Below, piece by piece: positions 1-10,599 of a stretch of DNA of 50,931 nucleotides. A program made the position numbers and the translations under genes. Each line of letters starts with the position of its first letter. Position 1 is the first letter of the stretch. Where the stretch lies: the NCBI GenBank assembly GCA_944388335.1, contig CALXIJ010000080.1:1-50931 (forward strand), given 5' to 3'. This stretch comes from an uncultured Pygmaiobacter sp. GTDB lineage: Bacteria; Bacillota; Clostridia; Oscillospirales; Ruminococcaceae. The notes below the pieces were generated by a model. It saw only the letters and a list, made by a program, of their open reading frames with translations, made no database searches and had not been told where the DNA came from.

Positions 1-2
1 CG

Positions 3-296
3 GCAAAGCAGATTGCTCCTTATGTTCAAAAAGATCCCACCGCCTTTTGTTCCTATGAAGACCACCAGCTGGCGGTGGATACGTTGGAAGAGGTCTGTCT
101 GCTGCGGGCTGAGAGTATACGCGGGCAGCTGGACGGTGAAATCCCCGCCACCATCCGGGGCCAGCAGGAAAACCCGGATGCCAAGGTTGACGCTTCAGTA
201 GTTAAATTGACCGAATTGGGAAATTTTGAAGATTTAGAGTCGGCAAAAGAGAGGCAAGATGCGGCTTTGAGGGACATAACAGGAAAAAGCACTTAG
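3..296 (+). CDS. 3' end of a CotH kinase family protein (5' part lies outside the window)
   Basis: Frame is open from base 3: AKQIAPYVQKDPTAFCSYEDHQLAVDTLEEVCLLRAESIRGQLDGEIP..., resembling the C-terminus of clostridial CotH-family proteins; stop TAG at 294-296. Confidence 0.7.
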   Translation, partial: AKQIAPYVQKDPTAFCSYEDHQLAVDTLEEVCLLRAESIRGQLDGEIPATIRGQQENPDAKVDASVVKLTELGNFEDLESAKERQDAALRDITGKST

Positions 297-322
297 AACC
301 GGAGCGTTCTAAGTGCTTTTTT
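284..322 (+). terminator. Rho-independent terminator
   Basis: AAAAAGCACTTAGAAC-cggagc-GTTCTAAGTGCTTTTT, a perfect 16-bp inverted repeat ending in a T-run. Confidence 0.85.
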
Positions 323-409
323 ACAATGAAAGAGACTCGTTTTATTTTTCACGCGATTCATAGCATTCTGATAAACAAAATATCTCCTTGACAAATCTCG
401 TCTCATATA

Positions 410-1767
410 TTGGTCTTCTCAAAATGTCTAAAGGTGTACCATAATGCAAACCATTTCGTCAAGGCACAGGAATGTTATTATAAATGGAAAAAATACAGCC
501 CTGAATCTGCTTTGCTGCGGATGGACGGAGAATCCATCGCAGCCGTCGTTGCATATCATCTGGATGATTACTCATCGGCGCTGGAACATATCCAAAATCG
601 CCGTGAGGCAATAGAGGAAATCAAAAATCATCTTGATCTGCACAGAAAAGATCGAATTTATTCCGAATACGGCACTTTTACCTCTCGTTGGGAGAGCAAT
701 CTGAGAGCGGTTTCCTTTCACTGTCTCTGTCAGCTGGAACGGTTCGAAGAAGCTGATGAACTTCTTCACCATACATCACCGGAGAAACTTTATCAAAAGG
801 ATCGGGACTTTTTCCTCCGGATGGTACTCACGCACTCTGGCTCTTTGCCTTCGAGCGGCGATTTTCTGCGGCGTTGCTGGGAATTTTATCAAGACGAAAA
901 ATTACCGGAAAAGACTCAGGAGAAGGTCAGTCGTCATCAAGCGCTGAACGGCCTCACCCAGACGCTGCGCAATTATCTGGACCGTGTAGGTGCAGACGGT
1001 TGGGATTTACTTGCGCAGATGGGCCAAAGTGCTCCCGGGTGCAGCGCCCGCATCGTACTGAGCAGCGACCCCGGCGCCATCGCACAGGAATGGGCCGCCG
1101 TCACCGATTGGGAATGGATCTTCCCACAGGCCTATCTGCACACGATGGAGCTGGGGCTGCCGCTGCCGGACGGGTTCTACGCTCAGAGCGCCGAGGCGCT
1201 GGCCGCGCTCGCTACACTGCTGGCTGCAAAGGGCACATTGCCGCGAATCGCATCCGATTGGCTGGACCGGATCGGCCTGCAAGAACCCCCAGTCAGCTGA
1301 CCTGGCAGCTGGACCTTGCCACCGCCGCACTGCGCACACTCGACTGGAAGAAGGACGCTGCGCTGGGAGAAGCCCTCGCCGCGCGGTATGCCGATCTCTC
1401 CTCCACCTATCTCGACAACATCTACAATCCCGATCTGCTCAACGAGCAGGATATTACGGTGCTGCCGGGGATGCAGCGGTTCGGGTGGTGGCTGCACAAT
1501 GCCCTCACCGCGCTGGACGGCGGGGATGAACTGGGGTATGTCCGCGCGCTGCACAGCGCGCTCGAGGCCGCCCCTGCGATGAAGGAGATGGTAAACTTCC
1601 TGCTGGACCACAAGCCCAAGTCTGCCGCACAGCGCCAGCTGGAACAGCTCGCCGAGCAGCTGCGCACATTTCTGGCAGACCGCTCTCCCGATGATCCCGA
1701 GGTGCAAGCCCTCAAGGCGAGTGAGGCCTATCGAAAGGTGGCCTCGCTGCTGGAGGCTAAAGAATAA
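410..1767 (+). pseudogene. 5'-truncated, frameshifted gene; helical/TPR-like C-terminal part, possibly of a large glycosyltransferase-associated protein
   Basis: ORF 410-1300 joins the 3' part of ORF 874-1767 if one base is added at 1281-1290 (AAGAACCCCC), giving ...GLQETPSQLTWQLDLA...PDDPEVQALKASEAYRKVASLLEAKE. There is an in-frame TGA at 389-391 and no clear RBS. The product call is a resemblance only. Confidence 0.6.
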
Positions 1768-1868
1768 AAAAACGGAGGCGCCTTCCTCTTGGAAGGTTGA
1801 TTTTTATGCCGCCCTGTTTTTTTCTATCCGCCGGCAAAACCGATTTTCCCCGTTTTGCGCTTTTTTTG

Positions 1869-1889
1869 TTCACATTCAGGTTGTATAAT
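1869..1889 (+). promoter_or_regulatory. Probable promoter of the two-component operon
   Basis: TTCACA-N9-TATAAT (-10 at 1884-1889), about 95 nt upstream of the response regulator ATG. Confidence 0.55.
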
Positions 1890-1983
1890 GAAATCAGTAT
1901 CTTTGCCGACTATTCACAACGGGCGTCCGCATCTGGTACAGCGGGCCCGTCATTTTTCAAATCGGTGAGGGGAGAGAGAAAAT

Positions 1984-2688
1984 ATGGACAAGACCAAGAT
2001 TTTGATTGTAGATGATGACAAAAACATCTGCGAGCTTTTGCGGCTCTATCTTGAAAAAGAGGGATATGAGACTGCGCTGGCCTATGACGGGGAACAGGCG
2101 CTGGAGCGTTTTTCCTCCGAAAAGCCCAGTTTGATCTTGCTCGATGTGATGATGCCCAAGATGGACGGCTGGGAGGTCTGCCGCCGGGTCCGCGCCTCCT
2201 CTCAGGTGCCGGTCATCATGCTGACCGCCAAGGGAGAGACTTTTGACAAGGTGCTCGGGCTGGAGCTGGGCGCCGACGATTATATCGTCAAGCCCTTTGA
2301 CACCAAGGAGGTTGTCGCACGGATCAAAGCCGTTCTGCGCCGCTACACCGCCGGTGCCGAAAAGGAGGAGGACCTTCCCAAGGTGATCTCCTATGACAAA
2401 CTGAGTGTCGATCTGACCCGATATGAGCTGAAGGTGGACGGCAAGGTGGTGGACGCGCCTCCCAAGGAACTGGAACTGCTCTATTATCTGGCCAGCCATC
2501 CCAACCGGGTCTTTAACCGGGACCAGCTGCTGGATGAGGTCTGGGGATTTGAATACTACGGGGATTCCCGCACCATTGATGTCCACGTCAAGCGGCTGCG
2601 GGAGAAGCTTGAGGGGGTTTCGGATCAATGGAACCTCAAGACAGTCTGGGGCGTCGGCTATAAATTCGAGGTCAAAGATGGGGCCTAA
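1984..2688 (+). CDS. OmpR/PhoB-family response regulator
   Basis: Receiver domain (ILIVDDD, LLDVMMP, MLTAK, GADDYIVKPF) plus winged helix (SRTIDVHVKRLREKL, TVWGVGYKF); G-rich RBS. Confidence 0.95.
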   Translation: MDKTKILIVDDDKNICELLRLYLEKEGYETALAYDGEQALERFSSEKPSLILLDVMMPKMDGWEVCRRVRASSQVPVIMLTAKGETFDKVLGLELGADDYIVKPFDTKEVVARIKAVLRRYTAGAEKEEDLPKVISYDKLSVDLTRYELKVDGKVVDAPPKELELLYYLASHPNRVFNRDQLLDEVWGFEYYGDSRTIDVHVKRLREKLEGVSDQWNLKTVWGVGYKFEVKDGA

Positions 2689-2724
2689 CTGCCGCTTTTT
2701 CCCCTGAAAGGAGTGTATGTGGGC

Positions 2725-4206
2725 ATGAACAAGAGTATCAGCAGCCGGTATTTCGTGACCACTGCAATTCTTTTGGTATCCGGCATCACCCTGCTCGGGG
2801 TGATCCTGATGTATTTCTGTGTGGCGTATTTCCGCGCTGACAGCGAGGATACCCTTTTGACCAATGTCCGCAGTCTGCGGGATAATTTTTCGACAATGGA
2901 TCTCGATGATGCCGAACAGGTCGGGGAGGAACCCTATGTAAAGCAGGCGATCTCGATCCTCTCGAATGCGACCGGCAGCATCTTTCTGCTGACCGATGAC
3001 GAGGGGCGGATCCTCTATTGTTCCGATCACACCGACACGGTGAATCTCTCCCGTACCATCAGCCAAAAGATCCTCGATCAGGCATTTTCCAACGGGGAAT
3101 ACACCGAACTGGGGGAGCTGTCCGGTATTTACAGCCAGAGTCACTATTCCGCCTGCTGTCCTCTGATCAATCAGGAAAGGCAGACAATCGGATATGTCGT
3201 GGCATCCCGTGATGCGGAGTCTCTGAGCGTCTTTCTTGAAAATATCTTTTCCGCCTTCATCATCTCCGCGGCGGTGATGCTTCTGGTCAGCAGCATCTTC
3301 TCCATCCTTCTGACCAATCGTCTGGTCGGCCCGCTGCGCCGGATCACCGCGGCGGCACAGGCATTCGGCAATGGGGACCTATCCGCCCGTGCACCGGTGG
3401 GAGGGGACGATGAAATCGCACAGCTGGCGGTCACCTTCAATGATATGGCGGACAAGCTGCAGGCGGTGGATGCCTCCCGTCAGAGCTTTATGGGAAATAT
3501 CGCCCATGAACTGCGCACCCCGATGACTACCATCAAGGGATTTATCGACGGAATGCTGGACGGCACAATCCCGGATGACCGGCGGGACCATTATCTGCGG
3601 ATTGTCTCGGGAGAGGTCGGGCGGCTGACCCGGCTGACCCACAGTATGTTGGACATCACCAAACTCGAAACCGGAGAGTATGTGGTCAGCGCGGTGGACT
3701 ATGATGTCTGGGAGACGATCAGCAGTATTTTATTTTCGAGAGAACAGCAGTTTATCGAGCACGCGATCCGTCTGACCGGCTTCAATCCGGTCAAGATCTT
3801 GGTCCATGCCGATCCGGACATCGTCCATCAGGTGCTTTACAACATCGTGGACAATGCCCTCAAGTTCACCCCGGACGGCGGGACGATTGACATTCAGGTC
3901 ACCGAAAACCAAAAACAGGGATTTGTCACCGTTGCAATCCGAAATACCGGGGACGGCATCTCGGAGGACGCACTCCCTTATGTCTTTGAGCGTTTCTTCA
4001 AAGCGGACAAGAGCCGCGGCCTTCACGCAGAGGGAAGCGGATTGGGACTGCATATCTGTAAGCAGCTGATCAATCGGTCCGGCGGAAAGATCTGGGCGGA
4101 AAGTGTGCCGGGGGAGAGCGCAACCTTTCTCTTCACCCTTCCCTGCGGCAAGCCGAAGCCGCCGGAGCGCTCTAAATCTGCGCGGGGTGGTCAGGGAAGT
4201 CGATAA
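2725..4206 (+). CDS. Membrane sensor histidine kinase (2 TM, HAMP, HisKA, HATPase_c)
   Basis: H-box AHELRTPM, N-box NIVDNALKF, G boxes NTGDGI and GSGLGL, HAMP GDDEIAQLAVTFNDM; alternative GTG starts at 2713 and 2719. Confidence 0.95.
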   Translation: MNKSISSRYFVTTAILLVSGITLLGVILMYFCVAYFRADSEDTLLTNVRSLRDNFSTMDLDDAEQVGEEPYVKQAISILSNATGSIFLLTDDEGRILYCSDHTDTVNLSRTISQKILDQAFSNGEYTELGELSGIYSQSHYSACCPLINQERQTIGYVVASRDAESLSVFLENIFSAFIISAAVMLLVSSIFSILLTNRLVGPLRRITAAAQAFGNGDLSARAPVGGDDEIAQLAVTFNDMADKLQAVDASRQSFMGNIAHELRTPMTTIKGFIDGMLDGTIPDDRRDHYLRIVSGEVGRLTRLTHSMLDITKLETGEYVVSAVDYDVWETISSILFSREQQFIEHAIRLTGFNPVKILVHADPDIVHQVLYNIVDNALKFTPDGGTIDIQVTENQKQGFVTVAIRNTGDGISEDALPYVFERFFKADKSRGLHAEGSGLGLHICKQLINRSGGKIWAESVPGESATFLFTLPCGKPKPPERSKSARGGQGSR

Positions 4207-4233
4207 GCTGTTTTATCTTAAAAAGAACCATAG

Positions 4234-4296
4234 AAAACGGGCAGATTTAAAAGGGAAGTCCTTGGGACAGATCCCTTGAAAAATGCCCGTTTTTTT
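4234..4296 (+). terminator. Long imperfect hairpin/terminator after the kinase gene
   Basis: AAAACGGGCA...TGCCCGTTTT outer stem, AAGGGA/TCCCTT inner stem, followed by a T-run. Confidence 0.6.
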
Positions 4297-4418
4297 GTTT
4301 TTCCCCCATTCTTTAGACAAACATTTTTCACAATTCAAAGCTAAACTAAAATCATAAAACAAAAGGATTTGCGGGCGGGATTCTCCGCCCGCCGAAGCGA
4401 TAAAAGAGGTGTCAGACT

Positions 4419-5750
<1,332 letters not shown>

Positions 5751-5795
5751 GCCGCATGTTTTGAAGAATTTTTCATCGAATTATCAATGCCCGAT

Positions 5796-5832
5796 AAAAG
5801 AGCCGAAGAGGATTTCCTCTTCGGCTTTCTTC
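5796..5832. terminator. Bidirectional terminator between the convergent protease genes
   Basis: AGCCGAAGAGG...CCTCTTCGGCT stem with an A-run before and a T-rich run after. Confidence 0.8.
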
Positions 5833-5858
5833 TTTATTCTCTTTTTAAAAGAATAAGA

Positions 5859-7778
5859 TCAATAACTGCGATACATCTCATATTGCCGTCCGTTAAAGTT
5901 CATGATCATCCGGTCAAAACCTTTAATGCTAATATTGGCAATTGCTTTGTCCGTATCATAATTCCGTATCTGACCGTGTGTGTAATAAACATCCTGATAG
6001 ATATCGAAATTTGTGTCATAATAGCCTTCTTCGACTTCAAAATACCAGCCGCTCAAAGTATACCAATAGCCATAAAGATATTCATACAAATAGCTGTCAG
6101 AAATGATCTGAGGGATCTTAATGGAATAAAGATCACAGTAGATAACAAATTCCTGCACATCAATCACCGATGAATATAAAAGAACATTTTCATATTTTGA
6201 AATGACCATTTTGTAGTCGCTGGTTTGCTCGTAGTCTTCCGGCAACAGATTAAAGTATTGTTGCGCCGTTTCAAAATCCCCGGAAAGCAGTATTTCTTTT
6301 CCCTCTTCGTAAAGCTGAGGGATCAAACTCTCCTTCTTTTTTCTGCTGTCTAAGTAATTGCCCAACTGCCGATAGGCATCATATTTTTCCTTCACCTGTT
6401 CGCTATTTTCTGCTTTTAAATATAACTTGGCATCTTCTATCTGCTTTTTTGCATCCTCAAAATCCTCGATCTGTTCGAAAAGCGAAATTGCGTCCTCCAG
6501 CTGATAATTTTGGACCTTAACCCTTGCCTCGCTGTAAAGCCGCTGATTTTCATCTTCGAAGAGGGCAAGCCACGGCGCGTGCTGATAGGCGGCCACCACC
6601 TGCTGATAGTTTTTATTGCTCCAGCCGTTCTGAACATCCTGATATGCTGAATAGGTAGAAATGCCAAACCAAACGCCCCCGCCAACCACCAATACAAGGG
6701 CCGCTGCACAGGCAATCAGTACCTTGACCTTTTTGGAGATACGGGCCTTTTTCTTTTCTTCTTTTTTCTCCTGATCCGACGCCGGCTCAGCGGTCATCTC
6801 TTCCTTTGGCTCCTGCGGGGAATCAAACAGAGAGATTTGCCCCTGCAGCTCCTCCTGCCGGACAATGGGGAGGGCGAGCGCCTCATCTTCTTGTGTCGCT
6901 TTTTTCCTCTTTATCCAAAACTGAAAGACCGGTTTTCCGGCTTTGCGGCGTCTATACACCACAATCAGGAGGACCATAACCGCGGCGGCAACAGCCACTC
7001 CAAACAGGATCCCAAACAGCAGGCTGTGGTCTGTCTTGTAGCGGATTCCCTGAACATCCAAAAAACTTCGCAGTTCATCGATGTAGACCGATGCATTGGT
7101 CCCCTCGACTTCCTCCATCGTAATTTTCATGGTATTGATGCCAACGACCCGGCCTGCTTTATCCAGCAGGGGCCCGCCGGAATTTCCGCTGTTGATCGCG
7201 GTGTTTGTCTGAATGATCTGCACAGAGCGTTCTCCCGTTCCAACCGCCTGCGAGCTCTGCAAGGCGCTCACAATGCCGTTGGTCAGGGTCATCTGTTCAA
7301 TTTCTGTCAAAATTTGTGTGCTGAGATAATCCGCACTGCTGGGATATCCCAGTGCATAGACCTCTTCCCCCACCGAGATCCCGTCCCCGAGGGTCAGCGG
7401 CTTGAGCCCTTTGATTTTTCCCGCTGTGCGCATCACCGCGATATCCTGCGCCGGGGATAACGCTGCAACCTCCAGCTCTACCGGGCCGTCTCCGTTATAA
7501 TAGAGTTCAAAGCTGTCTTTATTCTCGATTACATGGTAGTTTGTCACGATCAAGGCACCGGAATTAGCGTTTGAGATGGCAAATCCCGTTCCGGTATAGG
7601 TATCTTCTCCCCTCTTGGTATAGATCCGCACCACACCCTCCCGCGCATTGAGTACTTCTTTCGGTGTGCCGGCCGCAAATGCGCTTTGGGTATAGGACAG
7701 AATCATCGCTGAAATCAAAAAAATAGAACAAAGACGAATAATTTTTCTTTTTTTCAGCATTGCCACTATTTTTTTCAT
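5859..7778 (-). CDS. Membrane trypsin-like (S1C-type) serine protease with two internal TM helices and a C-terminal helical-repeat region
   Basis: Signal peptide ending AFA; triad motifs TNYHVI, QDIAV, QTNTAINSGNSGGPL; no PDZ; TMs LLFGILFGVAVAAAVMVLLIVVY and VLIACAAALVLVVGGGVWFGI; ATG at 7778 has a GGGGG RBS (ORF is open to 7859). Confidence 0.85.
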   Translation of the reverse strand: MKKIVAMLKKRKIIRLCSIFLISAMILSYTQSAFAAGTPKEVLNAREGVVRIYTKRGEDTYTGTGFAISNANSGALIVTNYHVIENKDSFELYYNGDGPVELEVAALSPAQDIAVMRTAGKIKGLKPLTLGDGISVGEEVYALGYPSSADYLSTQILTEIEQMTLTNGIVSALQSSQAVGTGERSVQIIQTNTAINSGNSGGPLLDKAGRVVGINTMKITMEEVEGTNASVYIDELRSFLDVQGIRYKTDHSLLFGILFGVAVAAAVMVLLIVVYRRRKAGKPVFQFWIKRKKATQEDEALALPIVRQEELQGQISLFDSPQEPKEEMTAEPASDQEKKEEKKKARISKKVKVLIACAAALVLVVGGGVWFGISTYSAYQDVQNGWSNKNYQQVVAAYQHAPWLALFEDENQRLYSEARVKVQNYQLEDAISLFEQIEDFEDAKKQIEDAKLYLKAENSEQVKEKYDAYRQLGNYLDSRKKKESLIPQLYEEGKEILLSGDFETAQQYFNLLPEDYEQTSDYKMVISKYENVLLYSSVIDVQEFVIYCDLYSIKIPQIISDSYLYEYLYGYWYTLSGWYFEVEEGYYDTNFDIYQDVYYTHGQIRNYDTDKAIANISIKGFDRMIMNFNGRQYEMYRSY

Positions 7779-8021
7779 CGTAAACTTCCCCCTGCTGTAA
7801 TGCCTTGCGCAGACATTCTCTATCCCTTTTAAGGATAAATGATAGGAAAAGTATATCATATTTTGTTCATGCTTTATATAATGTCTCCGATAAAAATGTT
7901 TTCTTTGTAATAATCCTTTGCGCTCCGCGCAAACTAAGGTCGATCGGGCATTGCTTCCATCTTATCTCTTTTAGAAGATGGAGAAAGCGGAAAAGCCCGC
8001 AATTTTTCAGGAGGTGTAAGG

Positions 8022-8204
8022 ATGACCCCAAAGGAACTTCTCTATGTCAAGGATGCGCTCGGACATGAGCAGCATATGCAGCAGAAATGCCAGCAGACTG
8101 CATCCCAGCTGACCGACAAATCGCTGCAGAACTATGTCAAAAAGCTCGAAACACGGTTTGGCGATCACTTTGCGACCCTGTATGACACGGTCGACAAGTC
8201 CTGA
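8022..8204 (+). CDS. Small spore-coat-associated protein (partner of the Coat F protein)
   Basis: AGGAGG RBS; MTPKELLYVKDALGHEQ start is typical of small genes paired with Coat F genes in Clostridia. Confidence 0.7.
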   Translation: MTPKELLYVKDALGHEQHMQQKCQQTASQLTDKSLQNYVKKLETRFGDHFATLYDTVDKS

Positions 8205-8219
8205 TAAGGAGGAAAACAG

Positions 8220-8483
8220 ATGGATGACAGAGCATTGATGGAGGACCTTCTGCTGCTGGTCAAGGGCAACTGCGGGCTCTATCTCGACGGGGCGATCGAG
8301 TCCTCGACCAAGACGGTTCACAAGGCCTTCGGCGAGGTGCTGCGGGACACGATGAGTATTCAGAACGAGATCTACGGCAAGATGGCCGACAAGGGCTGGT
8401 ATCCCTCCGAGGCCGCACTGCAGCGCCAGATCGACAAGGTTGCAAATCAGTTTGACACGAAGAAAAAGCAAAAAGGAAATTGA
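8220..8483 (+). CDS. Spore coat protein, Coat F domain
   Basis: AAGGAGG RBS; pattern MDDRALMEDLL...GAIESS...QNEIYGKMADKGWY. Confidence 0.8.
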   Translation: MDDRALMEDLLLLVKGNCGLYLDGAIESSTKTVHKAFGEVLRDTMSIQNEIYGKMADKGWYPSEAALQRQIDKVANQFDTKKKQKGN

Positions 8484-8496
8484 TTTTTCTTGCTGT

Positions 8497-8529
8497 AAAA
8501 AGGCGGTTTTCTCCCAAAACCGCCTTTTT
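8497..8529. terminator. Bidirectional terminator
   Basis: AAAAAGGCGGTTTT-ctccc-AAAACCGCCTTTTT. Confidence 0.8.
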
Positions 8530-8536
8530 CTCTTTG

Positions 8537-8576
8537 CAAAACGGGACCGGAGAAGCGCTTCTCCGGTCCCGTTTTG
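8537..8576. repeat. Perfect 40-bp palindrome with no spacer
   Basis: CAAAACGGGACCGGAGAAGC|GCTTCTCCGGTCCCGTTTTG. Confidence 0.95.
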
Positions 8577-8711
8577 GTGGCGTTCCATCCGCTGCCATAG
8601 CAGCGTGGGCGGCCCATATTGCAAGGCGCGCGGCCTGCATTATTGTATGCGGACCGCGCACCTTGGGTTCCATTCGATTCATCCTGACGCAATCTTTCCC
8701 TCAGAAGGGCT

Positions 8712-10373
8712 TTAAAAAAGAAAAAGATCTGTTTCAATCTGCGGGATCATCTTTCTGATCCTCCACCCTTGCAGGGTAAAGCCGGTGACGGGATTTTCCT
8801 TCTGCTGATTTGCATCGTAGATCGCTACCGTTAATCTGGTCTTGCAGTCCTCTTTCAGAGTGCCATCCTCTGTTTCCTTGCCGATCTCATAGAGGACCGG
8901 CGCCGCGAAGAGAGCATCCCCCTCCCAGACGTCCATCTCCTCGATCTGCCCGCTCTGCCAGAGCGCATAATTATACCGAAGGGTCAGCGGTTCGGTATGG
9001 ACCGCACAGAGCAAAAAGAACCATCCGCAGAAGAGCAATGCAAGCCAGCGCATCAGCGGCAGAGGGCGGAATTCGTCGATCAGGAAGAGCAGCACCGCCG
9101 CCGCGACAAAAACCATCGCCCACGCCGCCCAGATCCGTTTTCTGGTCAGGCCGAAGATCTCAATATAGAGTGCCAGCTTGCGCACCGCAGTGCCAAGCAG
9201 CAGCAGCGTTGCCGCGCACAGCAGCCCGGAGAGCAGTTTTCTGCCAAAAATTTCTTTCTGGGTGCGGCGCTTGGTAAAGAGCATCAGTCCCAGATTGATC
9301 GCCGCGACGGCAAGCAGCTCAAAAAATCCACGGCGCGCATACTCTGCATAGGTGAATCCTCCGGGCAGCAAGCCGGCAAAGGCCGAGAAAAAATAGGGAA
9401 GCTGGGAGAGCAGAAAAAGCAGGTAGACGCAGAGCAGCGCCGACATCGGGATGGCGGACGCCGCAAACCCGAGCCGTGTTCGTGCCTCTTGACGCGCAGC
9501 GCGCGCCTTGGCGTCCCGCCCGAGATGGGACCGATACCGCGCGCCCGAAAAGAGGCCGAAGAAATAGAGCGATACCGGGATCGAGAAAAAGACCCGCAGC
9601 AGAAACTCCGGGGAAAACGCAAACCGGAGCCAGATCCAATCCACCAGCTTTGCGAATCCGGCATCCGCCTTGGCGAGGAGCAGCAAGACAAGAGGCAGCA
9701 GCAGCGCGGTCAGAATCCCTCCCACCAGAACAGCGGGGGAGAGGCGGTGCGCCGCCGCATTTTTTTGCGGGGGCCGGACATCCGAGTTCACAGTTCCGTC
9801 GGCCTTCTCCGTTTTTTCCTCTCTGCAAACGGCTGTCGGCGCCTGCTGTGCCGAGGAATTCCTGCCAAAAAGACTGCCGACGGCGCAAAAAACCGCGTCA
9901 AAATTGCAGAATGGCAGCCGCATCAGCGCGTTCCAGAGATCTCCCAGCAGCATCCCATCCAATCTGCCTCCAAGGCGCGCGCCAAAGGTGACAAGCGTCC
10001 AATAAGCGGCGAGGACACACAGGAAAACAATGGCCGGAAAGGTCAACATCTCCGGCATCCCCCGAAGAAAGAGCAGGGAAAAGGCGAAGAGAAAAATTCC
10101 CCATCCCAAACTGCCCCGTGCAGGGATGTGATGGGCGGAGCGCAGATACCCGGATACCCCCAAAAGATAGCAGAGGGTAAAGAGAGGGATCCCCGCACCC
10201 GGATCAACCAAGCTGACAAAACGCAGGAAGAGATATCCGAGTACCAGCGTGATCAGGGCAAAGATGCCGTCGTTTCGATCAAAGATGATTTTTTTTCGAT
10301 CGTCAGGGCAGGCCGCGGGATGCCCCATCCGATTTTCGGACGAGGATGCAGCATTATTCTGTTTTGTGTCCAA
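8712..10373 (-). CDS. DUF4153/DUF4173-family polytopic membrane protein
   Basis: Many TM segments; motifs LLAKADAGF, YAEYARRGFFELL, LYIEIFGLTRKR; follows the XRE gene. Confidence 0.8.
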   Translation of the reverse strand: MDTKQNNAASSSENRMGHPAACPDDRKKIIFDRNDGIFALITLVLGYLFLRFVSLVDPGAGIPLFTLCYLLGVSGYLRSAHHIPARGSLGWGIFLFAFSLLFLRGMPEMLTFPAIVFLCVLAAYWTLVTFGARLGGRLDGMLLGDLWNALMRLPFCNFDAVFCAVGSLFGRNSSAQQAPTAVCREEKTEKADGTVNSDVRPPQKNAAAHRLSPAVLVGGILTALLLPLVLLLLAKADAGFAKLVDWIWLRFAFSPEFLLRVFFSIPVSLYFFGLFSGARYRSHLGRDAKARAARQEARTRLGFAASAIPMSALLCVYLLFLLSQLPYFFSAFAGLLPGGFTYAEYARRGFFELLAVAAINLGLMLFTKRRTQKEIFGRKLLSGLLCAATLLLLGTAVRKLALYIEIFGLTRKRIWAAWAMVFVAAAVLLFLIDEFRPLPLMRWLALLFCGWFFLLCAVHTEPLTLRYNYALWQSGQIEEMDVWEGDALFAAPVLYEIGKETEDGTLKEDCKTRLTVAIYDANQQKENPVTGFTLQGWRIRKMIPQIETDLFLF

Positions 10374-10376
10374 CGG

Positions 10377-10586
10377 TTATTCCTCCTCTCGGTATTCCAG
10401 AAGGTCGGCGGGCTGACAATCCAGCTCTCGGCAGAGTGCCTCGAGGGTGGAAAATCGAACTGCCCGGGCCTTGTTGTTCTTGAGGATTGAGAGATTTGCC
10501 GGGGTGATTCGCACCCGATCGGCCAGCTCGCCGGCTGAGATCTTGCGGCGAGCCATCATGACATCCAAATTTACAATGATCGGCAT
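10377..10586 (-). CDS. Cro/C1-type HTH (XRE, YozG-like) regulator
   Basis: MPIIVNLDVMMARRKISAGELADRVRITPANLSILKNNKARAVRFSTLEALCRELDCQPADLL. Confidence 0.9.
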   Translation of the reverse strand: MPIIVNLDVMMARRKISAGELADRVRITPANLSILKNNKARAVRFSTLEALCRELDCQPADLLEYREEE

Positions 10587-10599
10587 CCCTTATCCCTCC

